Shown here piece after piece: positions 45,491 through 55,034 of a stretch of DNA of 64,000 bases (the first letter of the stretch is position 1; each line of letters opens with the position of its first letter). The translations under genes and the position numbers were made by a program. The notes beneath the pieces are model-generated. The model was not told the DNA's origin and did no database searches. It saw only the letters and a program-made list of their open reading frames with translations. The stretch spans positions 8,704 to 72,703 of the forward strand of contig JADLFF010000017.1 of the NCBI GenBank assembly GCA_020845735.1, in the 5' to 3' direction. This DNA comes from Dehalococcoidia bacterium. Its GTDB lineage: Bacteria; Chloroflexota; Dehalococcoidia; UBA2979.

Positions 45491-46920
45491 GCCCTCGCCT
45501 CCCAGTACGCGTCGCGTCCCGTGCGCGCGGCGAGGAGGGAACGCACATCGAGCATCGCCGTGTACGTCGCCACGATGTCGAGCTGACCGCCCTCGGAAGT
45601 CGCCTCCAGCGCTTCATCAAGCGCGTCGCGGATGCCGGGCCGGGTGCTGCTCGCGTCGAGACCCCCGAGGTGCAGACGCAGCGCCAGGTCGCTGGCGCGG
45701 TCGCCACCGACCGTCAACTCGCGGACGCGGCCTGCCAGCACCTCGATATCGGCATCGTAGATCCACGAGACATCGCGGCCGTCCTGGATGCCATCGTTGA
45801 GGAGCCACAGCAGATGCAGCTCGGGGCCCGACGCAGCCAGCGTCCGGATCACCTCGTTGAGGCCCGCCGGGTTCTTCGCGAGGAGCAGGCGCACCTCCCG
45901 ACCTCCCACGGTGAAGCGCTCCTGCCGCCCAAACGCCGGCCCGGCGTCCGTCAGCGCGCGAGTCACCGCCTCCACCCGTAGGTCGAGGGCGACAGCGCCA
46001 GCCGCCGCCGCCAGCGCGTTGTACACCGAGTACAGTCCGGCTAGTGGCAGCCGGAGCTCGAGCGACCCGCGCGGCGTCACGAGTTCGAATCGGGCCCCGG
46101 ACTCCTCCAGGCGGATGTGGCGCGCCGACACGGTGGGTGCCGGGCGTGCGCGCGCGCACGAACTGCAGTGCCAGTGCCCGACGTGACCGATGAACCGCGC
46201 GTCGTACTCGAAGGTGCCGCCACAGAGACAGAACCGGGCGTCGGCGGCGTGCTCGGCCGCGCGGAGCGCCGCGCCGCGGTCGTCGACGCCGAACGTCACG
46301 ACGTCGCCGCGAGCGACCTCGGCAAGTTGCGCCACCGAGGGGTCATCCGCATTGAGGACCAGCGTCGGACCGCCCCCGTCCGCCTCGAGTGCGTGCCACC
46401 AGCCCTGGGCAATCGAGTCCACCTCGCCATAGCGGTCGAGCTGGTCGCGAAACAGGTTGAGGACCACCACCGCCCGAGGGTGCACGCGCGGGAGCACGGC
46501 GGCCGCGGCTGCCTCGTCCACCTCGAGGATGGCGACCGAGCCGTCCGGCTGCGGCAGCCCGCCGAGCTGGCCGGCGGCATCGACGAGTGCTCCCACCACC
46601 CCCCGCTCGAGGTTCGAGCCAGACGGGTTCGCGATGACCTGGAGGCCCCCCGCGCGGGCGATCGCGGTCAGGAGGTGTGCGGTCGTGGTCTTGCCGTTCG
46701 TGCCGGTGACCAGCACCGCGCCGTGCTCCGAGGCGCGCCCCAGCGCCTCGACGAGGTGCGGGGCGATCCGTCCGGCCACCAGGCCGGGGACCGCGGTGCC
46801 TCCGCCGCGCCCGAGGCGTCGCGAGGCGGCACCGACGGCACGCCCCGCCAGGAGCGCGAGGCGCTGCCTCGGGGGCGTGGGACGTCCCGCCGCAGCCTGT
46901 CGTGAGAGCAAGAGCAGCAC
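45487..46920 (-). CDS. murT: lipid II isoglutaminyl synthase MurT (Mur-ligase domain + DUF1727, Cys4 ribbon)
   Basis: VTGTNGKTTT P-loop, CLCGG...HWHCSSC zinc ribbon, C-terminal DUF1727-like region. GTG start at about 46920 with a GGAG RBS inferred. Confidence 0.75.
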   Translation of the reverse strand: MLLLLSRQAAAGRPTPPRQRLALLAGRAVGAASRRLGRGGGTAVPGLVAGRIAPHLVEALGRASEHGAVLVTGTNGKTTTAHLLTAIARAGGLQVIANPSGSNLERGVVGALVDAAGQLGGLPQPDGSVAILEVDEAAAAAVLPRVHPRAVVVLNLFRDQLDRYGEVDSIAQGWWHALEADGGGPTLVLNADDPSVAQLAEVARGDVVTFGVDDRGAALRAAEHAADARFCLCGGTFEYDARFIGHVGHWHCSSCARARPAPTVSARHIRLEESGARFELVTPRGSLELRLPLAGLYSVYNALAAAAGAVALDLRVEAVTRALTDAGPAFGRQERFTVGGREVRLLLAKNPAGLNEVIRTLAASGPELHLLWLLNDGIQDGRDVSWIYDADIEVLAGRVRELTVGGDRASDLALRLHLGGLDASSTRPGIRDALDEALEATSEGGQLDIVATYTAMLDVRSLLAARTGRDAYWEARA

Positions 46921-47072
46921 CGCTCCATTCTCGCACCGCGCTGCGGCTCGCGCCGCGTGCCACGACGTACAGCGGTATGTGCGACGTGCGGCGCGTCGTG
47001 TTGCGAACGCGCGGAGAAGGCCTACGCTGCGCGGGTCGACGCGAGTCGACGCGCATGGTGCGGAGGGCAGCG

Positions 47073-47921
47073 ATGACATCGGACGTGGACACCAGCAGCT
47101 GGAAGAAGACCCCGGACGGCATCGCCATCCCGCCCCCGAGTCCCGACGATGTCCTCTACGAGTCCCGGGGCGACATCGGCTGGATCACGCTCAACCGGCC
47201 GGTTGTCCTCAACGCGATGAACAAGAGCATGCAGCGCGCCCTCGGCCGCGCGCTGGACGCCGCCGAGGCCGACACGGGCGCCCGCGCGTTCGTGCTCATC
47301 GGGGCCGGGCGTGCATTCTCCGCGGGCGGTGACCTCTGGGCGTCCCTCTATCCCGACGACGAGCCCGCCCCGAACGGTGACGAGCTGAAGATGCGCATCT
47401 TCGACTTCCCTCGGCCGGTGGTGGCAGCCGTCCGAGGCGCCGCCGTCGGCCAGGGCTTCGAGCTCGCGGCCGTGTGCGACCTCACGGTCGCCTCGGAAAC
47501 CGCGCGCATGGGCGAGATCCAGATTCGACACGGGTTCGGTCCCCCGTTGCTCATCACCCCCTTCGTCGTGGGGCTCAAGCACGCGAAGGAGATCCTGTTG
47601 CTGGGTGAGACGCTCACGGCACAGGAGGCGTACCGCATGGGCGTCGTCAATCGCGTGGTCGCGGACGCCGACCTCGAGAGTGCCGCCGAGGAGACCGCGC
47701 GGAAGCTCGCGAGCCTGCCCGAGAACACCGTGCGCCTGAACAAGGCGCTCGTGAATCGCGTGTATCGCCTCGCGAACATGGACGAGGGCCTGAACTTCCG
47801 CGCTGACCCTGCGCTCGCGGACCTGTTCTCCGGCCGCGACTCGGTGGCGCAGGAACGCCACCGCCTGCGCGAGGAGCAGGGCTGGAGTGCCTTCAAGAGC
47901 GAGCGAGACAGAGGCTACTAG
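47073..47921 (+). CDS. enoyl-CoA hydratase/isomerase family protein
   Basis: Crotonase fold motifs (FSAGGDL, oxyanion-hole regions). ATG 47073 with a GGAGGG RBS. Confidence 0.8.
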   Translation: MTSDVDTSSWKKTPDGIAIPPPSPDDVLYESRGDIGWITLNRPVVLNAMNKSMQRALGRALDAAEADTGARAFVLIGAGRAFSAGGDLWASLYPDDEPAPNGDELKMRIFDFPRPVVAAVRGAAVGQGFELAAVCDLTVASETARMGEIQIRHGFGPPLLITPFVVGLKHAKEILLLGETLTAQEAYRMGVVNRVVADADLESAAEETARKLASLPENTVRLNKALVNRVYRLANMDEGLNFRADPALADLFSGRDSVAQERHRLREEQGWSAFKSERDRGY

Positions 47922-48005
47922 CCGAGCCCGGCGCGCACATTCGGGTACGACTGCGCGATCACCCTCGAGGGCAGCTCAACCGCCCTCGAGGGCTGCGGCG
48001 TGGAC

Positions 48006-49064
48006 CTACGCCTGCACCCACCCGACGCGGTCGGCATCCTCGATGCGCCGAACGCGCTCCTCGTCCTGGAGGAGCTGCAGGTGGGACAGCGTCTCGCCGA
48101 GGGCTGAGCGCTTCATGAAGAGGTTGAAGTCCTCGAACGGACCCGTGTTCCAAGCCACGCGCATCGAGATCTCGCGCGCAGTCACCGGCCCCTCGTCGCC
48201 GATGGCCGTGAACACCTCCTCGAGGCGTCCGTCGTGGTGATGCTGGAGCACGTCGCAGCGGTGCCCGAGGTCCCCGATCGTGAACTCGTGGGCCGGTAAC
48301 GCGAGCTCCGGACGGAAGTCGGCGACCTTCTGCAGTGAGGCGCGGAAGTCCGAGAGCGGGCTCGTGCCCTCCTGGTCTGCGTGCAGGGACACGTTCGGCG
48401 AGATGTACGGCAGGACGTGGTCACCCGTGAACATGAGCCGGTGCTGACGCTCGAACATGCAGAGGTGGCCCGGCGTGTGGCCGGGCGTCCAGACGGCCTG
48501 GAACGACCAGCGGTCGAACTCGTAGGACTCGCCGTCGCGCAGCTTCACGTCGGGTTCGACGTAGCGCTGACCCGAGGGGTTCGTGCCCGGTCCAGCGCGC
48601 GGCACCTCGACGGCTGGCGCGCCGGGCTGCACGCGCGGCGAGGTAGGTGCGAGCGCGCCCTGGCGATGCGCCTCCTCGATCTCGTCGATGGGTAGCCCGT
48701 GACGCACGAGCCAGGCGTCGGAGAGACGCGTCCAGCCGGTGTTGTCGATCCAGCGATCGACGACCCACTGCCACTCGCGCGCCAGCATCACGACCTCGCA
48801 GTCGGGATTCTGCTCGCGAATCCACGGCGTCATCCCGTAGTGGTCCGGGTGGGCGTGCGAGATCATGATGCGGCGGATGTCGGACGGCGTGCGGCCGAGC
48901 TTCGCCAGCTCCGCCGTCATCGCCGCGGTGGCCTCGGGCGTGCCGAAGCCAGCGTCGAACAGGCCTACCCCGTCGTCGCACTCGAAGATGTACGCGAGGA
49001 CGTACGGGAGCGCCGGGCTCGGCATCGGCGTCTTGACCTGGTGCAGGCCCGGCAGGATCTCCAC
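48006..49064 (-). CDS. MBL-fold metallo-hydrolase
   Basis: HAHPDH metal-binding motif and further His/Asp ligands. Confidence 0.7.
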   Translation of the reverse strand: MEILPGLHQVKTPMPSPALPYVLAYIFECDDGVGLFDAGFGTPEATAAMTAELAKLGRTPSDIRRIMISHAHPDHYGMTPWIREQNPDCEVVMLAREWQWVVDRWIDNTGWTRLSDAWLVRHGLPIDEIEEAHRQGALAPTSPRVQPGAPAVEVPRAGPGTNPSGQRYVEPDVKLRDGESYEFDRWSFQAVWTPGHTPGHLCMFERQHRLMFTGDHVLPYISPNVSLHADQEGTSPLSDFRASLQKVADFRPELALPAHEFTIGDLGHRCDVLQHHHDGRLEEVFTAIGDEGPVTAREISMRVAWNTGPFEDFNLFMKRSALGETLSHLQLLQDEERVRRIEDADRVGWVQA

Positions 49065-49202
49065 GCACAGCCCCCTCTACCGCCACGAGGAATCGAGTGG
49101 CGCGATTCTAGAGGGTGGACTCAGGAGTGCGGGAGCGCGAGCGTGCTCGGCAGCGCACCGACTCAGATCGGCGCGTGACCGGCCTCGGCGCTGCGTGGCG
49201 TA

Positions 49203-49418
49203 TTACGTGCTGGCGGGGGGCTCGGACTTGGGGGCCGTTGAGGCCGCCACATCGGCCTTCGGCTCGGGCTTGTCCGAGTCGCTCTTCGCCTCCTGGCGGA
49301 ACTCCCGGATACCGCGGCCCAGCGCACCACCGAGGTCCGCCACGCGCGATGCACCGAACACAAGCGCGAGAATCGCAAGAATGATGAGCAGCTCTTGCCA
49401 GCCAAGGCTACCGAGCAT
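49203..49418 (-). CDS. tatA: twin-arginine translocase subunit TatA/E
   Basis: MLGSLGWQELLIILAILALVFGASRVADLGGALGRGIREFRQE is canonical TatA (TM helix, hinge and amphipathic helix). Confidence 0.8.
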   Translation of the reverse strand: MLGSLGWQELLIILAILALVFGASRVADLGGALGRGIREFRQEAKSDSDKPEPKADVAASTAPKSEPPAST

Positions 49419-49493
49419 AACCGTGTCCCTTCAGGCGCACCCATCGTAGCACCAACGCGCCGAGGGACACGCCCGGATGCACCCGTCGGTCAG

Positions 49494-51197
49494 CTACTGA
49501 AGCACGATGGTGCCGTACATCCCGTCCTCGAGGTGGGGTCGGAACGTGCAGATCACGAGGTACGCACCACGGCCGAGTCCACGCGTGTCCCAGTCCCACT
49601 CGGTTGGCGCCGGCTGGACGAAGGGAAGCACCGGCGACTCCGTCACGCGGCGGTTCGGGTCGATGAGGATGGCATTCGCGCCGGGCGTACCGGCGACCCC
49701 ACCGAGGATCTCGCGCTGGATGTCCTCGACGCGCGTGCCGGGCGCGTAGATCGCCACCTGGTGCGACTGCGCACGGATGTTGAACCGCACCGAGTCGCCC
49801 ATGCGCACCGTCGTGTCCCGGGGAATGAGCACGTCCGCCTCGGGGCAGCGCCCGGCCGGTGGACACGCGCCCGGGTTGCCGAACTCGATGGAGGTCAGCG
49901 GCGCTGGAGGCGGCCCGCTGCTCGAGGGTGGGCTCGGCGGTGCGGCCACCGCGGGCGCCTCGGTCGCTTTCGGCGTCGCTTTGGCCTTCGGAGTCGCCGT
50001 GGGCACGGCACCCGGCTTCGGGAGGACCACGATGCGGCCGTTCCCGGCGTCCGAGATGAACACGTTACCGAGGTTGTCGATGGCGGCCCCTCGAGGGCCG
50101 TTCAGGTGCTGGTCGTCGCTGCCGCCCTCGCAGGGCACGCCGAACACCGGGTAGCCGGCGCCGAACCGCTCCTGGTACCAGACCACGTTATTGGAATCGA
50201 CGATCAGCGCGGGCTCACCCCCGAGCTCGTTCGCGGGGAGCACCACCACATCCCGAGGCAGCACCGGCGACACCTTCGAGTCAGCGCACGGAGCGTACGT
50301 CGAGAGCCACCGCTGGGCAGCGCCGCTCTGCACCACGCGCACCTGCTCGTCGGGGCGCCGGGGCGCGGTCTCCGGCACCACGTACATCAGCCGCGAGTCG
50401 TCGCCCGCCGCGTCGAGCCCCAGGGCCCGACCGCCCTCAACCCAGGGCCGGAGCGTCTTCCCGTCCGCTTCGAGGCGGAACACGCCCGCCGGGTCGCTCG
50501 CTGACAGGTACACCGCTCCCGTGTCGGTCACGGCCATCGCCTGGAGCGCAGCAGGCCACCCGCTCGAGCCCTCGGAACCCACCTGGCTCCACGCGGACGC
50601 CGACGCGGGCTTCCGGAAAACGCGCCACTCGAACGGGCCATCGACGACGAGAGCGTAGACGCTCCCGTCCGAGGACACATCGACGTCTGCGATGCGCGAC
50701 GCGCCGAGGTCCTTGATGTCGGTCGAGACCGTCTTGACTTCGCCCTTGTAGTTCACCGTCTTCAACTCGAGCTTGCGCGTCACGACGTAGGCAAGGCCCT
50801 CGCGCGCCGTGACGAACGACGGCTGCTCGACCTTGGCGAAGATCGCTTTCCCGAGGGTGAGGCCCGGGGTCGGCGTGGGCGTCGGTGCTGCCGGGGGTGT
50901 CGGCTCGGCGGGCGGTGCGGCCCCATCGGGCGCGGCCGGCGCGAGGGGTGTCGGCGTCTCGACGGCCGGCGTGGTCAGCTCGGTGCGCTGTGAGACGACC
51001 CGGCCGCCTTCGTCAACCACGAGGATGAACGTCCGCTCGGCCGCCACCGCGGGCGTGTTCGCCCGTCCACCGAGGCCACCGATGCCATCAGCGCGCAGTC
51101 CGAAGCGCCCGATCGGATCGACGATCAGCAGGGTGAGGGCGGTGCAGATCAGCCCGATGAGGATGCCCGAGAAGAACCAGCGCCACGAGTTATCCAC
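49494..51197 (-). CDS. membrane-anchored NHL-repeat beta-propeller protein with C-terminal cupredoxin (type-1 copper) domain
   Basis: N-terminal TM helix, Pro/Thr-rich linker, NHL-like repeats (NLGNVFISDAGNGRIVV), C-terminal ...YLVICTFRPHLEDGMYGTIVLQ matching the Cys-x(n)-His-x(n)-Met copper site of plastocyanin/azurin. Confidence 0.55.
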   Translation of the reverse strand: MDNSWRWFFSGILIGLICTALTLLIVDPIGRFGLRADGIGGLGGRANTPAVAAERTFILVVDEGGRVVSQRTELTTPAVETPTPLAPAAPDGAAPPAEPTPPAAPTPTPTPGLTLGKAIFAKVEQPSFVTAREGLAYVVTRKLELKTVNYKGEVKTVSTDIKDLGASRIADVDVSSDGSVYALVVDGPFEWRVFRKPASASAWSQVGSEGSSGWPAALQAMAVTDTGAVYLSASDPAGVFRLEADGKTLRPWVEGGRALGLDAAGDDSRLMYVVPETAPRRPDEQVRVVQSGAAQRWLSTYAPCADSKVSPVLPRDVVVLPANELGGEPALIVDSNNVVWYQERFGAGYPVFGVPCEGGSDDQHLNGPRGAAIDNLGNVFISDAGNGRIVVLPKPGAVPTATPKAKATPKATEAPAVAAPPSPPSSSGPPPAPLTSIEFGNPGACPPAGRCPEADVLIPRDTTVRMGDSVRFNIRAQSHQVAIYAPGTRVEDIQREILGGVAGTPGANAILIDPNRRVTESPVLPFVQPAPTEWDWDTRGLGRGAYLVICTFRPHLEDGMYGTIVLQ

Positions 51198-51327
51198 GGA
51201 AGCCCCCCGTCCGAAGACGCGCGTCCATGCCCACGACGCCCGCCATTACGTCGGGTGTTGGGGGGACTGTACGCAGTGTCACCGTGGGGTGTCCACCGGG
51301 ATTGCCCCGCGGATCTGAGGGGCGGCC

Positions 51328-52563
51328 CTAGCCGGAGATGGCCAGGAGATGCCGCCCAAACCTCGCGAGCGACTCCACGTTATGAACAGGCATGAAGTCG
51401 TCGCAGTAGGGAAGTGCGGCCGCCATCCCCATCGTCAGTGGCTGGTATCCGGGCTGCCCGAGGAGCGGATTCAACCAGATGAGGCGCCTGGCACGGCGCG
51501 CCAGCGTGCCCATCTCGCGCTTCAGGCGTTCGCCGTCGCCGCGGTCCCAGCCGTCCGACATCACGATGACAATCGTGTTCGCACGGACGCGATCGCGCGC
51601 GAATCGGCGATTGAAGTCGGCAAGACAGGCGCCGATCTGCGTGCCGCCGCCCCACCCCTCGACGTGCTGTTCGAGGAGCCTCAGCGCCTCCCCAAACGAG
51701 CGGGCACGCAGCATCGGCGTGACCTCGTGGAGCCGTGTGGAGAAGACGAACGCGGACACCCCTCGCAATTCCTGCTGCAGGCCATAGACGAACTGCACGA
51801 GGAACTCCGAGTACACATCCATCGAGCCGCTCACGTCCGCGAGCAGCACCACGTCGGTCCGTCGCCGGCGCCGGCGGAGGCGGGCCAGCTCGCGGAGTTC
51901 ACCCCCCGACCTCGCGGCCCGACGCAGCGAGCGCCGGAGGTCGAGTGCATCGCCGAGGCGGTGAGCGCGACTCCGCCTCGAGACCGCGGTGCTGAGCTGG
52001 TGCGCGATCAGCTGGATGAGGTGTCGCACCTGCCGGAGGTCGTCCCCGCGCAGAGCGGAGAAATCTCGCGAGGCGAGCAGCTCCGCATCGCTGTAGGACG
52101 CGGGCTGTCCGGGCGGTCGCACCCGCGACTCGCCGGTACCGGCGCTCCGAGACACGACTCGCTGCTCCGCCGTGATCCGTGGCCCCTCGGACGTGCGACC
52201 ACCAGCAACGGAGGCTGGAGGCGGAAGCACCGCCGGAGGGGGCGCGATCAGCGACCAGAACACGACGAACAGCGCATCGAAGAGCGGCCGCTGTGCGACA
52301 TCGGAGAGCAGCGTGGCCGCGCAGGCCGCCCGCACATCCTCGCGCGAGGCGAGGTCGACCCACGACAGCGCGCGTGCGGCGTCGAGGGCGCGACCGACCG
52401 TGACATCGATGCCGCTCTCGCGCAGGAGTCCGCAGAACGCCAGGAGGTTCTCGACCAGCGAGCCCCGACGCGCCGCAGGGGCAAGGGCGAGGAACGCGGC
52501 CAGCGCCCGTTCATCCGCAACGAGCGCGCCGGGGTCGCCGAGGCGGTTCGGGCTAGAGAGCAC
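51328..52563 (-). CDS. VWA domain protein, CoxE-like
   Basis: vWA MIDAS motif (DVSGSM...S.R...SDG) in the C-terminal half; CoxE family organisation downstream of the MoxR ATPase. Confidence 0.7.
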   Translation of the reverse strand: MLSSPNRLGDPGALVADERALAAFLALAPAARRGSLVENLLAFCGLLRESGIDVTVGRALDAARALSWVDLASREDVRAACAATLLSDVAQRPLFDALFVVFWSLIAPPPAVLPPPASVAGGRTSEGPRITAEQRVVSRSAGTGESRVRPPGQPASYSDAELLASRDFSALRGDDLRQVRHLIQLIAHQLSTAVSRRSRAHRLGDALDLRRSLRRAARSGGELRELARLRRRRRRTDVVLLADVSGSMDVYSEFLVQFVYGLQQELRGVSAFVFSTRLHEVTPMLRARSFGEALRLLEQHVEGWGGGTQIGACLADFNRRFARDRVRANTIVIVMSDGWDRGDGERLKREMGTLARRARRLIWLNPLLGQPGYQPLTMGMAAALPYCDDFMPVHNVESLARFGRHLLAISG

Positions 52564-53473
52564 GCTCGCTCACCTGGTCGAGCACTGCCACCAGGTTCTC
52601 GTCTCGGAAGCGCTCGACGTCGTCGTGGTACTTGAAGATGCAACCGAGCGTCTCGGCGACCGTGGCCTCATCGAGGGCGTCGCGATGCAGCGCCACGAGG
52701 GCCATGCCCCAGTCGATCGTCTCGGCCACGCCGGGGCGCTTATAGAAGTCGCGGTCACGCAGCAGCTGCATGAAGCCGCAGACCTGCGTCGCGAGGTGCT
52801 CCTCGATGCCCGGGACGCGCGTCCTGAGGATCTCGTACTCCCGTTCGAACGCCGGATACGACAGCCAGAGGTAGAGGCAGCGCCGCTTGAGCGCGTCGTG
52901 TAGCTCGCGCGTCCGGTTGCTCGTCAGGATCACGAGCGGGCGCTGCCGGGCGCGCAGCGTGCCCAGCTCCGGCACGGTCACCTGGAAGTCGGACAGCACC
53001 TCGAGGAGGAACGCCTCGAACTCCTCGTCGGCGCGGTCCACCTCGTCGATGAGGAGGACCGGCGGCACCGGGTCGTCGGTGAGGATGGCATCGAGCAGGG
53101 GCCGGTGAATGAGGTATTCCTCGGTGAACAGCTCCTGTTCGACGGCGCGCGCGTCCGCCTCGCCCTGGCGGTGGTCCAGCTCCGCGAGGCGGATGTGCAG
53201 CAGCTGTCGCTGGTAGTTCCACTCGTAGAGGGCCTGCGAGGCGTCGAGCCCCTCGTAGCACTGGAGGCGAATCAGGCGCGAACCGCGCGCGGTCGCGAGG
53301 GCCTTCGCGAGCTCCGTCTTGCCCACGCCCGCTTCCCCCTCGAGGAGCAGCGGCTTCTCGAGGGCCTGCGCCAGGAACACCGTCGTCGCCAGTTCGCGAT
53401 CGGCCAGGTAGCCCACGTCGCGCAGCGCGCGCAGGACCGCATCCACCGACTCGAATGAGGGCGCGAGGCTCAC
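52553..53473 (-). CDS. MoxR-type AAA+ ATPase, CoxD-like
   Basis: LLEGEAGVGKTELAKALA Walker A, LLIDEVDRA Walker B. GTG start at about 53473 chosen so as not to overlap the upstream XdhC-N gene. Confidence 0.75.
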   Translation of the reverse strand: MSLAPSFESVDAVLRALRDVGYLADRELATTVFLAQALEKPLLLEGEAGVGKTELAKALATARGSRLIRLQCYEGLDASQALYEWNYQRQLLHIRLAELDHRQGEADARAVEQELFTEEYLIHRPLLDAILTDDPVPPVLLIDEVDRADEEFEAFLLEVLSDFQVTVPELGTLRARQRPLVILTSNRTRELHDALKRRCLYLWLSYPAFEREYEILRTRVPGIEEHLATQVCGFMQLLRDRDFYKRPGVAETIDWGMALVALHRDALDEATVAETLGCIFKYHDDVERFRDENLVAVLDQVSERAL

Positions 53474-53483
53474 CGGTGCGCGA

Positions 53484-53798
53484 TCAGCCGGAGACGCGCT
53501 CGACGAAGACTCGCATGATCCCGCCGCAGATCTTGTCATCGCCGTCGACGGGTTGAGTGAGATCGACGACCACCATGCGGGGCTGTCCATCCCGCATCGT
53601 CTCCATCGCGTCCTGCCAGACTTCGGCCTCGCCGCAACCGCCACCGATCGTGCCGGTGAACGAGCCGTCCGGCCGCAGGAGCAGGCGCGCGCCGGCCTTG
53701 CGCGGCGTAGACCCGAGCGTCTCCGCCACCGTCGCGAGGACGCGCGGCTCGCCCCGTCGCTGCGCCTCCCGTAACTCGCCAAACAACTCGCGAGACAC
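53484..53798 (-). CDS. XdhC/CoxI family N-terminal-domain-only protein
   Basis: Matches the XdhC_CoxI N-domain (LATVAETLGSTPRKAGARLLL...). Third GTG (53798) preferred because GGTGGAGG sits 5 nt upstream. Confidence 0.6.
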   Translation of the reverse strand: MSRELFGELREAQRRGEPRVLATVAETLGSTPRKAGARLLLRPDGSFTGTIGGGCGEAEVWQDAMETMRDGQPRMVVVDLTQPVDGDDKICGGIMRVFVERVSG

Positions 53799-53946
53799 AA
53801 CGACCTCCACCACAAACGTAAGTGCGGAGAGTATACCGCGGCCGCCCCCTCGCGACGGGAGATCCGATGGGCGCGCAGACGACGTTACTCAGGTGCAGAG
53901 GGAACGGCCGGGGGCCGCGCGACGCGGCCTCCGGTCAGAACCACCA

Positions 53947-54034
53947 TCAGGTTCCGGTCAGCAGGTTCCGGTCCGCATCGACAGCCCCGACCCAGGCCTC
54001 CCGAGAAGCCCGGGAAAGCAGAAGCTCGGGAAAG
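53947..54034 (-). promoter_or_regulatory. two sets of tandem direct repeats in the low-GC leader of the XdhC-N/CoxD/CoxE operon (2x caggttccggtc; 2x agaagc[c/t]cgggaaagc)
   Basis: Seen directly in the 368-bp intergenic region 53814-54181. A GTATAC/TATACT -10-like element lies at about 53828-53836. Confidence 0.35.
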
Positions 54035-54100
54035 CGTAGAGGCCGATCGCTCGGCCCCTACGCCCCAGAGGGAACTGGCAGATTCGGGCGGCTCAGGGCC

Positions 54101-54145
54101 GCAAACACAGACTAACAGAATCGAACTCGCCTCAGACGGCGAGTT
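54101..54145 (-). terminator. intrinsic terminator after full-length xdhC (stem aactcgcc/ggcgagtt, then CGAUUCUGUUAGUCUGUGUUUG on the minus strand)
   Basis: 8-bp perfect hairpin followed by a U-rich tract, an unusually AT-rich stretch for this genome. Confidence 0.45.
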
Positions 54146-54181
54146 GGGCTGCCCCGGTTACTTTCGAGTTAAGAACGACGG

Positions 54182-55000
54182 TCAGGTACGACGGCTCATG
54201 ACGGCACCGGTGCCCCCGCGCCGGACCATGATGATCTCGGCCAGGATCGCGACCGCGATCTCCTCGGGGGTCTCCGCACCGATATCCAGTCCGATCGGCG
54301 TACGCACCGTCGCGAGGACCTCGGCCGGAACACCGAGGTCGCGCAGATGCTCGAGGACCGTCTGCGTCCGCCGGCGGCTGCCGATCATCCCCACGTACGC
54401 CGCTCCTCGACCCACCGTGTGCCGTAGCGCCATCTCGTCGAGCTGGTGCCCCCGGGACACGAGGACCACGAAGTCGCTCGCGCCCATATCGATGGCATCG
54501 AGGGCCGCGGCCGTGTCCCCGGCGAACACATGCTCGGCCATGGGGAACCGCTCGCGGTTGGCGAACTCCTCGCGGTCGTCGAAGACGGACACCTCCATGC
54601 CGCACAGCTCGCCGAGGGTGGCCACGGCCAGGCCGACGTGCCCGCCTCCCACGATGAGCAGCCGGGCCGGAGCCTCGTAGAGCTCCATCATCACAGTGGT
54701 CGCGTCCGCTGCCGCCTGGGAGCGGCGCACCGCGGCACTCCCGTCGGCGCCCAGCCAGACGGTCTGCACGGTGATACGAGGCAGCGTGCGGAGCTGATCC
54801 AGCGCGGCGTCTACGAGGATGCGATCCACCGCCTCGGCGATCCCGCCGACGACCTCGCCGTCGGACCGCACGAGGAGCTTCGCGCCAACCGCGAGGCCCA
54901 TCGCGCCCGCACTCGTGACGGTGGCAACGGCGACCGGGGCGCCGCCATCCAGGGCGCGCTGGATCGCCTCGGTGATCTCTGCCTGGTATGCCTCGTTCAT
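54182..55000 (-). CDS. XdhC/CoxF-family molybdoenzyme maturation protein (N-domain + Rossmann-like C-domain)
   Basis: Full-length XdhC similarity (LLIVGGGHVGLAV Rossmann motif). Start at MNEAYQ (ATG near 55000) to avoid overlapping the DUF1232 gene; the ATG at 55051 is an alternative. Confidence 0.7.
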   Translation of the reverse strand: MNEAYQAEITEAIQRALDGGAPVAVATVTSAGAMGLAVGAKLLVRSDGEVVGGIAEAVDRILVDAALDQLRTLPRITVQTVWLGADGSAAVRRSQAAADATTVMMELYEAPARLLIVGGGHVGLAVATLGELCGMEVSVFDDREEFANRERFPMAEHVFAGDTAAALDAIDMGASDFVVLVSRGHQLDEMALRHTVGRGAAYVGMIGSRRRTQTVLEHLRDLGVPAEVLATVRTPIGLDIGAETPEEIAVAILAEIIMVRRGGTGAVMSRRT

Positions 55001-55034
55001 GGCGACATCATAACCGCGCAGGCCCGCCTGGCAG

